Shown one piece after another: positions 11,884-24,679 of a stretch of DNA of 64,000 nt (the first letter of the stretch is position 1; every line of letters starts with the position of its first letter). The stretch spans positions 18,885,101 through 18,949,100 of the forward strand of contig NC_134025.1 in assembly GCF_964204645.1 (NCBI RefSeq). The letters run 5' to 3'. Source of the DNA: Tubulanus polymorphus. Taxonomy: Eukaryota > Animalia > Nemertea. A program made the position numbers and the translations under genes. Below the pieces are notes generated by a model. The model was not told where the DNA came from and searched no databases. It saw nothing but the letters and a program-made list of their open reading frames with translations.

Positions 11884-12165
11884 TTTTTCACTATATAAAT
11901 GAATATGTGTTGGACCGAGTATATCTTTTGGATTTGATTTTAAACGTGAAAAAGAAATGAAATTTAACATTAATGATGTAATAACTAATATTAAAAATAT
12001 TACATTTTTTTATGAAACAACATTTGAATATGAAACAACAATAAATAAAAAAAACTTTTAATGTAGAAAAGATAACTGATTTAAATTGGAGTCTTTAAGA
12101 TTTTATGAATTAGATGAACTAAGATAACTAGATATTTTGAAGATAGTATTTTTTTTTCTAAATAA

Positions 12166-12387
12166 ATGGCGGATCAGAAGTGGATAATAACTGGTTTATA
12201 TAATGGAGAATTACTATCAGTTGGAACTGTTGGTTATTCAATGGTATTAAAAAAAGTATTTAAAATGGGAAGTGTTAATGTTGATAGATTTGATATCAAT
12301 GATATTTTAAAATTAACATTAGCAGTTACTTTATCTGATTTAACAATTGATTATTCAGAAATAACAAAATATATTCCTCCTATATAA
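12166..12387 (+). CDS. Small 73-aa hydrophobic element protein
   Basis: Intact ORF with T-tract/TAAATG start. Confidence 0.6.
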   Translation: MADQKWIITGLYNGELLSVGTVGYSMVLKKVFKMGSVNVDRFDINDILKLTLAVTLSDLTIDYSEITKYIPPI

Positions 12388-12425
12388 ATGCATAATATTT
12401 TTACTAAATAAATGGCATTTGCAAT

Positions 12426-15400
12426 TAGGGTTTACGCCTCCATAATTCTTATCTGTCAGGTTTGGTATAAATGTGTGCATTCCCTGACTAGTACCAGTTA
12501 GTTCACGTCGTTGCCACATTAAAGTTATATTGAAATCAAGTCTACATTCGTCGTTTTGTGTCGTTTGTCGTTGAGTTTGGTGGATTTCGACCATGGCTGA
12601 AGGGGCCGTTCGAATATCACGGATACCGGATACCGGACACCTAAATACCGGATACCGGATACTCGAGATTGCGGAGTATATAGCGCATCGGGTCTAAGGA
12701 GTCGTTTCCGTGCTGTTGTAAGTAGTACTGCCGCGACATACAATTTATTTGTCAAATTGTTACAGAGGCTAACCAACTTATTTGTCAGCCTGATTACAGC
12801 CTGCTTTCACGTTTTTAGTGTCATCATCGATCTCAATATTATACATATTTCTTTCTGAATACTGTTGTTCTTTGGTTAAGTGAAGTTAAACGTTACATTC
12901 ATTTTTTATTATCTTACTTCACTGGTGATGGATATGTATTGGTGGCCCTTTTTGGTTTTTCTGTAAAATCCTTTCGTTAATAGGGCTGAGTACTGCTAGG
13001 CCCTATATCTCAAGTTAGAAAGCCATAAGCGAGTCTGGCAGTTCTAACGTTTCTTCTAATAAAGTTTGTTTTAAAGATCTGTACATTTTGTATTTGTTGA
13101 TTTACGATGGAATAGTTGAGCTGAACACCAATGAAATACAAGTATTTAGAAACAAAGAATTAAAATTCGTTTTCTTATTTTATGGAGTAGAATATTCGGT
13201 ATATTCTATTTATTGGACGATATGTCTACATTTCATTCTCAATCATGATGTCCCTAAAAATGAAATTGAGTCCATGGCGATCGTCGAAAATCAACACCCC
13301 TGGACACCAATTGTTTTGGTATAACCTTCAAAAATCAGTTCGTCAGTGTTGATAGCGCTACTGCTAATATTTTCAAGGTACTGTACCTGTTCTTGTTTAA
13401 GTTCTCGTTTCTTCGTGATTAAAATGGCCACTTCGTCATTACAGACGTTTATCGATATACCTAGCCGAGAAAGTATTAATGTTCTAAAAAAGTCCGAGTT
13501 GCTTGATTTGGCAGCTCATTATAACGTATCTGTTAAAACGTCCCAAACAAAAGCGGATTTAAAGGACGTAATTGTGCGACATTTGATTGAATCTGGTGTA
13601 GTTAATAATGATCAGTTTGAGTCAGTTCCAGCTAAAATGTCCGATGTTCCGGAGAGTGTTATCATTCGACGTATCGAACTGGAGTTACAAGAGAAAGAAA
13701 AAGAGCGAGAAAGGCACTTTCAACTATCGTTACAGCGGATGGAAGGTGAACGCAGAGTGCGGATGCGTGAATTGGAAATCAATGCGTCTACCAGTAGATA
13801 TCAAGATAATGAAGTCGACTTTGACGTCACCCGTCACATCAGAATGGTACCCAGATTCCAGGAGTCGGAAGTAGATAAGTATTTTCGTCACTTCGAGAAG
13901 GTAGCGAACAATCTTAAGTGGCCTGGAGAAAGCTGGACACTGCTCCTGCAAAGTGTTCTAGTGGGCAAAACCCAGGAAGCTTATTCGGCTTTGAATTCTG
14001 AACAAAGTGCTCAATATGAAACAGTTAAAATTGCTATTTTGAAGGCGTATGAGTTAGTACCTGAAGCCTATAGACAAAGGTTTCGCGATCGGAGAAAAAC
14101 TGATTCAGAAACTTTTGTAGAATTCGCTAAAGATAAAGAGAGTCTATTTGATCGATGGTGCGATTCAAGAGGGGTAGATTATAGTGATTTTGAAAAATTA
14201 CGTCAATTAATGCTGGTTGAAGATTTCAAAACTTGTATAGGTAATGATATAAAAACCTATTTAGAAGAGCAAAAGGTTGATAATTTATTGAATGCAGCTA
14301 CGTTTTCTGATGATTATGCTTTAACTCACCAGAAAAGTAAAAAGCCGAATATCACCCAACCATCTTCCGTGTTCAATACATCAACATATTCCCTTGTTTC
14401 TGATCATAGAGATCGAGATAGACTTGTGAGATGTAATTATTGCAAAAACCCCGGTCATTTAATTTCAAACTGTTACAAGTTACAGGGAAAACAACAAAAG
14501 GGTAGCAATTCCCTTAATACGTTAGGGAATGGTCTTGCAACAAAAATCGAGTGCAAAGATAAAACTGTTCATTTTGAAAGCAGTCCTTTAAGATCTTACG
14601 AACCATTTATTATTGAAGGGAGAATAGCATTACATGAAACTTCAGAAAAGGTGAAATTAAAAGCGTTAAGAGATACTGGAGCCTCTCAAACGTTGTTGTT
14701 AGAAGGGACCTTACTTTTGTCAGAAAGCACATTTACTGGCCAGTATATTTTGTTGCGTGGCATTGGTCCGATCACGTTAGAAGTTCCACTTCCATAGAGT
14801 TTACCTTGAGACGACATTAATTTCTGGGTTAGTTATAATGGGGATTAGGCCTACTTTACCCGTTCCGGGCGTGTCTTTGTTGTTAGGTAACGATCTTGCT
14901 GGGGGGAGGGTTATTGTCAATCCATTAGTGACTAAAAACCCTAGTTTAGATTCGGATGTGGAATCTTCGGAATCTAGTGATCTTGGATTACATCCTGCTT
15001 GCGTGGTGACTCGTTCGTTAGCGAAAAGAAATAATGTTGAAGCTAGTAGTGATGATAAATCTTTTTCGTCTGATTCTATAGGTCAAAATTATAATTTAGA
15101 TGTTGGTTCAAACCATATTGAGGGCCTTAGTGAGACGTTTCTTAGTAAGATATTTGATGGGGCAGATTGTGATTTTGAGAAATTACGTTTCTTATCTAGA
15201 GCAGATTTAATCGAGTCACAAGCGCAGGATTCGGATGTTAGAAAGCTTAGCATTAACGCTGCATCTACTCTAGATGATTTAGATTGTCCCGCCGGTTATT
15301 ATTTTTATTCGGGTGTATCGATGAGAAAGTATAGACACCCTGATATTTTGTCTAGTGATGAATGGGCAGTGCAACATCAGATTGTAGTTCCTTTGGTGTT

Positions 15401-18400
15401 TAGAAAAGAGATCTTACATTTTGCTCATGATATACCTATTAGGCTATTGGCCATTTAGGCGTTAATAAAACGTATAAAAAGATATTAAGGTATTTCTTTT
15501 GGCCAGGTTTCAAATCTGATGTTGTTCAGTTTTGTAGGAGCTGTCACTGTTGTCAAGTGATAGGAAAGAGTACAGTTGTTCCTGCAGCACCGTTACAACC
15601 TATACCTGCCTTTTCAGAGCCGTTTGCTGATATTCTCTGTGATTGTGTAGGTCCCCTTCCAAAAACTCGCTCAGGAAATGAATTCCTGCTTACAATTATA
15701 TGCAAATCTACACGTTTTCCAGAGGCTGTACCTCTCAGGCGTATCAACGCGCCTTCGGTTATAAAGGCTCTTACCAGGTTCTTTACTAATTTCGGTCTTC
15801 CAGTGACTATTCAGAGTGATAATGGGTCGAATTTTGTGTCTAATATGTTTCAGAAAATAATGCATCAACTCGACATTAAACAAAACACGTCGAGTCCTTA
15901 TCACCCTGAAAGTCAAGGCGCTTTGGAACGATTTCATCGCACTTTTAAGAATATGCTCAGAGCCTATTGTGAGGAAAATTCGCGAGATTGGGATGAGGGA
16001 GTGCCGTTTTTGTTATTTGCTGTGCGAGATACTGTACAGGAATCATTGGGTTTCAGTCCTAACGAATTAGTTTTTGGCCATCATGTTAAAGGACCACTGA
16101 AACTGATCAAAGATCTTTGGTTGCATGAAACTACGGAGGTTTCATTGTTGAAATATGTCACTGATTTTAAGACACGAATGTATGAAACTTGGCAATACGC
16201 CCGTGATCATCTACAGAAAACCCAGGAAAACATGAAAAGTTGGTTTGATAGGAAAGCCAGATTTCGGTCATTTTCACCTGGTGAAAAAGTTTTAGTACTG
16301 TTTCCTTTGGATGGTCACTGTTTGAGAACAAAGTTTTCTGGTCCGTATGTTATAGAACGAAAATTATCGGACGTAAATTATTTAGTTGAAACACCGGATC
16401 GTAAAAAGAAATTTCGTGTTTGTCATGTAAATATATTAAAACAGTATGTGGATAGAAATCCGTCTGATAGTATTTCTCCCGTTTCAGTAGTTTTATCTGT
16501 GTCGCCTGGACGTGCAGATATATGTGTTGAAGATGATGTAACTATTGATGGTTCATATGCATCACCGTTGTTGAAAAATTCAAGTGTGCTGAATGAGTTG
16601 GATGAAAAGCTCAGCCATCTGGAGCCGGGTCAGAAATCCGAATTAAAAAGTCTGATAGATGAGTATAGACATTTGTTTTCTGATATCCCTGGTGAAACCA
16701 CTTTTGCTTGTCACGTCATGGATTTTGGCACCGCTTCTCCTGTCAAATAGCCTCCTTACCGTTTGAATCCCATGAAAGCTGATATTATGAAAAGAGAAGT
16801 TCAAGCCATGTTAAAGATGCAAGTTGCGGAAACAAGTGAAAGTGATTGGTCATCTCCTTGTATCATAGTTCCTAAACCTGATGGCAGGTGGCGCTTCGTT
16901 ACCGATTACCGCAAATTAAACAAACTTACTAAAAATGATTCTTATCCAATTCCCAGGGTGGAGGATCTGATTGATAAGATTGGCAGTGCTAAGTTTGTTT
17001 CCAAATTAGATCTCACTAAGGGATACTGGCAAGTGCCGTTGTCCGACCGTGCTCGTAGGATTTCTGCTTTCGTGACTCTAGATGGTTTGTTTCAGTGCCG
17101 AAAAATGCCTTTCGGCATGAAAAATTCTGCTGCAACTTTTCAGCGCCTAATGAATAAAGTTGTCAAGGGTTTTACTTGTATAATAGTGGTACATAGATGA
17201 TATTATTGTATTTTCAGACACATGGGATGATGACATACAATTACTACGAAAGCTGTTTGAGCGTCTGTCCGAGGCGAACCTGACCGTCAATTTAACTAAA
17301 AGTGATTTTGTCAAAGCAACAGTAACGTATCTGGGGCATATCGTTGGACAAGGGCAAGTAAGACCTGTTGACGCCAAAGTTAGGGCTATCCTTGATTTTC
17401 CTGTTCCTTCGGATCGACGCTCACTCGTGCGTTTTTTAGGTATGGCCGGATATTACCGGAGATTTTGTCAAAATTTCGCCGCTATTGCTTGTCCTCTCAC
17501 GAAAGACATCCCATTCGTTTGGAGTGGTTCCTGTAATGATGCTTTTGAGAGGTTTAAGTCTTTGTTAACTTGTGATACTGTAATGACTGCTCCAAATTTT
17601 CATAAGCAATTCAGTCTTACTGTTGATGCAAGTGATGTAGCGTCGGGGGCAGTATTGTCGCAGAAAACAGATGATGGTATTGATCACCCCTATTCAAAAA
17701 AATTCAGTACTCCTCAGAAAAACCTACCGTTGAAAAGGAGTGTTTGCCGTTAATTTTGTCAATTGAACATTTTGATGTGTATCTCAGTATGCCATTATTT
17801 CCAGTTAGTGTGTATACTGATCATAATCCGTTAGTCTTTTTAGACCGTATGAGAAACAAAAACCGTCGACTAATGAGTTGGAGCATTCTGCTACAGGAGT
17901 ATAACTTGGAAATACATCACCTGAGAGGTCGAGAAAACGTAGTTGCTGATGCACTTTCGCGCGTGTAGAGTAAAAGCCGTTCCGTGGGTTCTGAGGATTG
18001 GTTATGTGTTACTTCAACGTTGGACATTTGGAATTATGATAAGCGAAAAGACTTGACTATGTCGATGTTTAGATTTGAGTGTATTGTTTCGTACAATATG
18101 TGTACGTTCTTAACGGCGGGGGTGTTACCTCTGTTGGGTTTATAAGTACGAATATAAGTATATAAGTATGAATATTTTTGTATAGATTTTGTATCTGTAT
18201 TATGTAGTCTATTGAACGATCTGGTGTTTGTCAGGGTTTACGCCTCCATAATTCTTATCTGTCAGGTTTGGTATAAATGTGTGCATTCCCTGACCAGTAC
18301 CAGTTAGTTCACGCCGTTGTCACATTAAAGTTATATTGAAGTCAAGTCTACATTCGTCGTTTTGTGTCGTTTGTCGTTGAGTTTGGTGGATTTCGACCAT

Positions 18401-18420
18401 GGCTGAAGGAGGCCGTAACA
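12426..18420 (+). mobile_element. Ty3/Gypsy LTR retrotransposon, Gmr1-like (PR-IN-RT-RH order), decayed
   Basis: Truncated 5' LTR ~12426-12609; full 3' LTR 18123-18420 (TGTTAC...GTAACA) after PPT GGCGGGGG. Confidence 0.9.
13424..17968 (+). pseudogene. Gag-Pol: Gag with CCHC knuckle, protease, integrase, RT, RNase H; several stops and frameshifts
   Basis: CNYCKNPGHLISNC; LRDTGA; DCVGPLP/SDNGSNF/ERFHRT; LDLTKGYWQ/MPFGMKN; VDASD/YTDHNPL/ADALSR. Confidence 0.92.
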
Positions 18421-18434
18421 TAACTATTATAGGA

Positions 18435-19088
18435 TAATTCCGGGTTTAATATTAGATTTTTAAAAAGTGATAGTTCTGATAGAATAAAGATAAGGTTGTC
18501 TAATAGTGAAAAACATAAATTTATGGTTAAAAAACCTATAGCTAAACTGTTAGGAATTCCTCCAGATAGATCTTTTACAAATATTGATGCTACACCAAAC
18601 TTAATACCTTACACGCATTTTTATATTTATTGCAATTTAATTGATCCTACAAATTCATTTGAAGCAACTAAAGTTACAATTTGTAATTCTAGTATATTAA
18701 ATGTTTTACCATTAAAAAATGTTAAACAATTTGGAACACAAATAAATTATAATTAAGCTGAATGTGATTTTAAACCTTGTATTTCACGATTTGATAATTT
18801 TAAATTAGAAGTAAGAATTCATAATGGTTACTTAATTAATTTAAATAACTTTCCTGTAATTTATGAATTAGTTATAAGATGTAAAGAGTAATTTTTCACT
18901 ATATAAATGAATATGTGTTGGACCGAGTATATCTTTTGGATTTGATTTTAAACGTGAAAAAGAAATGAAATTTAACATTAATGATGTAATAACTAATATT
19001 AAAAATATTACATTTTTTTATGAAACAACATTTGAATATGAAACAACAATAAATAAAAAAAACTTTTAATGTAGAAAAGATAACTGAT
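18435..19088 (+). repeat. Near-identical duplicate of 11426-12080 (penton 3' half)
   Basis: Sequences match from TAATTCCGGGTTT to GATAACTGAT. Confidence 0.9.
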
Positions 19089-19234
19089 AAATGTGTGCAT
19101 TCCCTGACCAGTACCAGTTAGTTCACGCCGTTGTCACATTAAAGTTATATTGAAGTCAAGTCTACATTCGTCGTTTTGTGTCGTTTGTCGTTGAGTTTGG
19201 TGGATTTCGACCATGGCTGAAGGAGGCCGTAACA
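19087..19234 (+). repeat. Extra partial Gypsy LTR (copy of 18273-18420)
   Basis: ATAAATGTGTGCATTCCCTGACC...GGCCGTAACA. Confidence 0.9.
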
Positions 19235-19641
19235 TAACTATTATAGGATCAGCAATTGCTAACGCTTTGGCATTTACTGGTGGTGGATATATATTTAAAC
19301 ATATTGATAAAAGTAGTTCATTAGGAGAACAAAGAAGACATAACTTAGCATTAGAGAAATACAATAAAGCTGCAGAAGAATATAGAGAAAAGAGGCAAAA
19401 CTATATGGATTACATCAATAAAGAATTATATAATCAGAAAATTACACATAGAGATTTTCAATCAGTCGATGAAGCTATGAGTTTATATAACGCAGTAACA
19501 AATCGTGAAAAAATACATCTATATAAACCTAAATTATCAGATTATTACACACCAAGTAGTGAACAGAAGAAATATGAAATAATTTGGATTTTAGGTGGAA
19601 CAGTTATTGTATTATTTGTTGCTTATAAATTTACTAATTAG
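19213..19641 (+). CDS. Element protein with N- and C-terminal hydrophobic segments; native start (12412) separated by the Gypsy insertion
   Basis: IIGSAIANALAFTGGGYIF and IIWILGGTVIVLFVAY; joining ATGGCATTTGCAA to TAACTATTATAGGA restores MAFAITIIG. Confidence 0.7.
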   Translation: MAEGGRNITIIGSAIANALAFTGGGYIFKHIDKSSSLGEQRRHNLALEKYNKAAEEYREKRQNYMDYINKELYNQKITHRDFQSVDEAMSLYNAVTNREKIHLYKPKLSDYYTPSSEQKKYEIIWILGGTVIVLFVAYKFTN

Positions 19642-19660
19642 TAATTTCTTTTCTAAATAA

Positions 19661-20096
19661 ATAGTTGATAAAGTTGATAATATTGATATTATTCCTCATG
19701 ATATGAATAAAACTAAATTAAAATTATATTTGGAAAAACAAATATTAGAATTTGAAAATGATTTAAAAGTTAAAAAGAAAAAATATTTAAAAAGTAAAAT
19801 TATATACTATTTTATTATTAGTAGTTCAGTTACAATAAGTTCGGTTATAACATTTCTAGCATTATTCTCACCATTAACACCTTTAGCTATCTCAATTGGA
19901 GCTTTAGGTTTAAGTTCAAGTGTATTAACCGGCATAAGTTCAAAATTAAATATAAAAAGTAATAAAGAAAAAATAAAATCTAATATAAAAGAAATTAATA
20001 AAATTAAAAAATACATTAGATTATATAATAAGTTTAAATGGTAATATAACAGTTGAAGAACAAGATAAATTACTAAAAGAATTAATAAATTATTAA
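19661..20096 (+). pseudogene. Two-TM small protein; native ATG apparently mutated to ATA
   Basis: ORF 19703-20044; TAAATA at 19658 lies 14 codons upstream in frame. Confidence 0.6.
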
Positions 20097-20112
20097 TTTT
20101 TTTATTATATAA

Positions 20113-21350
20113 ATGGTAGATAGTTTTCCAAAAGCTTTTCAATATAATAAATCAATTGACTATAATATTCCTGCAATAGATTTTAATAAAGATATTTCAT
20201 ATAGAAATGAAGTTTTAGATTCATTAATTAATTTAGATATATATGTTACTGAAACTAATAATTTTAATGCAAAGATGGAAAATATATTGCGTGTATATTT
20301 AAATATAAATTAATTCAAAGTTTATTTAGATTTCATACATACTTCCAAATAAGATTGATAATAAATGAATTAGAGTGTCCTTAACCAGGATCTAGGTATT
20401 TTGAAGAATTAGATAATAATATTAATTTGTCAAAGTTTTTTAAAATTTGTAACGAATTTAATATAGATATAAATAATTCTGATTTTAGAACAAAACTTGG
20501 AACAATAAGATCACTTCCTTGCCCTAAAAAGATTGCACAATATTGTGCACTTCCCATACCATCTAATAGCTTTTATAATATCTATAATAATAAATTAGGT
20601 TATGGTTAACTAGAAACTAAGGATTTAGAAACGTTAAATTTCAATCAATTACCGAAATTCTATGATAATTTAAAACAAGAAAACAATAATGGTTGGGTTT
20701 ATTTTATTTTAGAAAATGGTGAGGGATTTAGTAAAGCTGGTATACAAAGAATAAATCAATCAATTAGAACTTATTTGATATGTATTCTAGGATCACAGGT
20801 TGAAACCAGATCCCCAATAATTGGAAATTTAAATACATCATTTGATACACAAAAACAATTCAAAGTATTATTTGAAGATTCAATTCATAATGATGAAAAT
20901 AGATCGATTCCAGAAAATATCGTTAGGTATCAAAATTATTTAGATAAATCTCATGTAAGATTAAATTATTGTATAGGTCCTAATTTATTAATTATTTCTG
21001 ATGATTTAATCTTAAAAATGGGAAATATAATTGGTTATAATAATTTGATTAAAACTGCAACAATAAATAATTCATTTGGATTAAATGACATAAATAAAAA
21101 GATTATTACTGCTCCAAAATTAATGGAAGGTGAAAAAATTTAAAAAAATAATCAACTGAAACTAAAACTAAAAATATCAAATTAAATAATGATTCTAAAC
21201 CGGATTACAATACATCAGACAATATAAAAACTGATATTATTCAACATGATATAATTAAAAATAATAATGATAATAAATCGCATGAAAATACTAAATTAGC
21301 TATAACTTGTATTTGTAATTGTAATTGGAGGAATATTATATTTTAAATTT
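20113..21350 (+). pseudogene. Conserved unknown element protein, fragmented
   Basis: Fragments 20113, 20427, 20775; GFSKAGIQRINQSIRTYLICILGSQV motif; TAAATG start. Confidence 0.6.
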
Positions 21351-21368
21351 CAATTTTTTATCATATAA

Positions 21369-23379
21369 ATGGAAGAAGATATTCCAATGGATACTTTTGG
21401 TGACACCCCCGGTATAAGTGATGAACCACAACCAGAATTTAATGAAACTAATATTGATAATGATGGTGGAGCAGCATATAATACTAATTTAGGTGAAGAT
21501 GATTCTAGTGGGCCTATATTATATGATTATGATGAAGTTAAAGATGATACTGAAACAAGTGAAAAATTAATAGATTATTTAAGAACCCACGATGAGATAA
21601 TAATTAAAACTAGACCAGAAAGAAAAGATGTAATTAATAGATTAGAAAGAACAGAAAACCTTGAATTGAAAAAAAAGAATTATTATACATAAAATATAGT
21701 GAAACAAATACAGTCATTGAAGAATTATTACCAAAAAATGTAACAGATAACATTGAACCAGAAGATATTTCAGAACAAATTAGAGAAATTGATCCACATT
21801 TCATGAATAATTTAGAATTTAAAAATGTTTCATGGTATTATAATGTTGAACTAAATAACAAAACTGTATCAATTCAATTATCTAAAATGGGACAAGAAGA
21901 TCTGTACCATCCTGAAATGTTAGCAAGATCTTCAATTGAACGTTCAAAAGGTGGTTCGGAATTTCTCAGAATTATATGGAATGCACTCGATAGAATAAAT
22001 GAAGAAGAACCAAATGTTGGTATTGATATTAACATATATTCACCATTTAAAAATCCAAATTTAAATCCTACTTATGTTGATCCAGAAATTGAAGAGTATG
22101 GAGATCGATTAGATAAATTAAGAACTTCAACACCAGGAACATCGAGAAGAGATATTCAACAGATTGACAATGGTTCAAGTCAATTACAATTAGTAAAACA
22201 TTTTGATAGCATGTTAGATACAGTTCATTCATTTGAAGAAGAGATGAATAGTATTTTAGATACACCTGGTACTGAAACTGGAACAAATCAAGTGCAATCT
22301 TTATTAAAAAAAGGATTACTTGATTTAAATGAAGAACAATTAAAAATATTTTCTCGACGTAGAGAAATTAAAGGTATGCAAGAATCAGCTGGTGAAATTG
22401 CTAATATTAAGATGAGATTTTCTAAATGTTAGAAAAAGAATTAACTGATGCAAATGAAGAATTAAAACAATTAGAATTAGATAGAGATCTTCAAGTAATC
22501 GATGAAGTTGAATATGAATGCAGAAAGTTAGCTTTAGAAAAAGAAATTGATGATTTAAAATATAATAATAAACACGAATTTGTATAGCGCCTCTTTCCAT
22601 GTACCTGTGTACAAAGTTCAGCTGCGCTGTCAAACCTGATTATTATTACCCAGCTTCTGTTACCATTCCATAGCAGTCTTACTCTCCCTGGGAAGATACA
22701 ACACCGATTAGCAAATCACGATCAGGCGTCGTCAGCCGGTAGCAAGTGTGAATTAATGCCTTGCCTAAGGACACTACAGCATAGCCGGGGTTCGAACACT
22801 GGACATCTCGATTGAGAAGCCAACGCCTTAACCTTTAGGCCATGCCACTCCACGCCTTTAAAATATAACAAAGAATTACAGGAAAAAGAAAGAGACATAT
22901 TATTGAAATCATATGATCTTAATCATATTAAAAAATTAAAAGTTATTTTTAAAGATTTAATAATAAAATCAGATTCTAAACTATCATTGAAAGATAGAAT
23001 AAGATTATTATTTAAACTAGAAGGTATAACAATTCTTTCAATTCTAACAGCTGTTACTATGGTATTTACAACAATAGGTTTAGCAATATCAAATTCATTA
23101 AAATCTACACCAAGTCCTAAACCACCTGATAAACCTCCGAGTCATAATTCTATACAAGATAAAGTGAAAGATGGTTTAAAAAATTAGCAAAATATTTATG
23201 GGAACTATCTAAAAAAATCCGCTGTTGCTTTACCTGGAGTTATTGCATCAATTGTTGGTTTTATATTGAAATCTGCTGGAAGTATTCTTAACTTTGCTGC
23301 TGAACATATTATTTTATTTTCAATTACAGTTGTAAGTGCTATCATATTTGGGTTAGTGAATATGATAAAAAATAAATAA
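21369..23379 (+). pseudogene. Large acidic/coiled-coil protein with C-terminal TM helices, fragmented and SINE-interrupted
   Basis: Fragments 21369, 21803, 22903; EGITILSILTAVTMVFTTIGLAI; ALPGVIASIVGFIL. Confidence 0.6.
22566..22856 (-). mobile_element. tRNA-derived SINE
   Basis: A box TGGCCTAAAGG, B box GTTCGAACCCC, tail GCGCTATACAAAT..TTATTA; 12-bp TSD TTTAAAATATAA at 22554 and 22857. Confidence 0.88.
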
Positions 23380-23399
23380 TCAAATTTTTTGTTAAATAA

Positions 23400-24647
23400 A
23401 TGAGTGGGAATTATATCAATCCTTCTTCGAATTCTAGAATATCTAATGCTATTAAAGCAGAAAGATCCCATCATATAATTACTCATAACCCTTCTAATAT
23501 TTATCCCGATGAAACTTTATACGTTAGAATCCCTAGATTAACACAAAATACTTTTTACGTTCCAAATAGTATTTATTTATCAGCCGATATAAAAGTAATC
23601 GGTAATAATAATAATTATGTTGTTGATAATGTTGGAAGATATTTGATTAAAAAATTAACTATAAAGATTGGTCCAGAAACAGTTTTCTCATTAGATGATT
23701 ATAATTCATTTATGCATTATAAAGATTTATGGTTAACTAAAGAAAATAGAAATAATATGATATTTCAAGGAATCCAATCAGAAAACCAAAATAAATTAAG
23801 ATCAGAAGCACATAATGCAATATTAACTAATGCTGTAGATAAATTGATAAAAAGTATATATGAAAGCAAATATAAAATTCCATTAGACTTTGAATTGATA
23901 AATAACAATGCACCTTTATATAAATACGCAATTCAAGAAGACGTTATATTCGAAATAACATTTGCTCCTGTAAATGAAATTGTATTATCTAGCGTTGTTA
24001 AAGATATGAGTTATAAATTATCGAATATATGTTTAGAATATGATACAGTAACTGATGAAAATATTGCTAACACAATTCAAACTCAATACAATCAAGGATT
24101 TTCATTATTATATGATTATATTGATAAATTTAAAACTGTAACTATTAATGCAAATGATGAAATTATTAATGAGAATATTAACTTCCCAAGGAGATCTATT
24201 AAAGGTATATTAATATTTTTTACCATTGCAACATATTCTAATGGTGCAATAAATGTTGATAATTATTATAATCCTGAAATAACAAAAGTAGAAATAACTA
24301 TCGAAGGAATAGCAAATAAAATATTTTGTCAAGGAATTAGAATGATTGATCAATGGCCAGAAATTAGAAAACATTTTATGAATGAAAAAGTGAAATCATC
24401 TGAAAATTGTAATATTAATCAAATTGATTATTATGCCGGTAACAAATATGCATTATGGTTAGATTTTAGAACAACAGAGGATAATTCATTACATGGTTCT
24501 GGGAAAAAATTACAGAATACTAAAGATGGAATACAATTATTCATGACAAAGAATAAAGGAATCAAAAATTTTAAAATGCACATTTATATTATATCTGACG
24601 CGCAATTAAATATTGTAAATTCTAAATTAGATAGTGTTATGTATTAA
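23400..24647 (+). CDS. Major capsid protein (double jelly-roll, Polinton/PLV-like), intact 415 aa
   Basis: Size, beta-rich pattern (VGRYLIKKLTIKIG, YKIPLDF, LSNICLEYD, RSIKGILIFF, KYALWLDFRT, IYIISDAQLNI) and context with penton and ATPase. Confidence 0.78.
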   Translation: MSGNYINPSSNSRISNAIKAERSHHIITHNPSNIYPDETLYVRIPRLTQNTFYVPNSIYLSADIKVIGNNNNYVVDNVGRYLIKKLTIKIGPETVFSLDDYNSFMHYKDLWLTKENRNNMIFQGIQSENQNKLRSEAHNAILTNAVDKLIKSIYESKYKIPLDFELINNNAPLYKYAIQEDVIFEITFAPVNEIVLSSVVKDMSYKLSNICLEYDTVTDENIANTIQTQYNQGFSLLYDYIDKFKTVTINANDEIINENINFPRRSIKGILIFFTIATYSNGAINVDNYYNPEITKVEITIEGIANKIFCQGIRMIDQWPEIRKHFMNEKVKSSENCNINQIDYYAGNKYALWLDFRTTEDNSLHGSGKKLQNTKDGIQLFMTKNKGIKNFKMHIYIISDAQLNIVNSKLDSVMY

Positions 24648-24679
24648 AATTCTAGTTTTAATAAAAATTTATTATATAA

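Noticed and set aside
20113-23379. Possible decayed pPolB in the largest fragmented ORFs
   Set aside because: No exonuclease or polymerase motifs (DxxSLYP, KxxxNSxYG, YxDTDS) in the fragments; the second ORF is coiled-coil/TM
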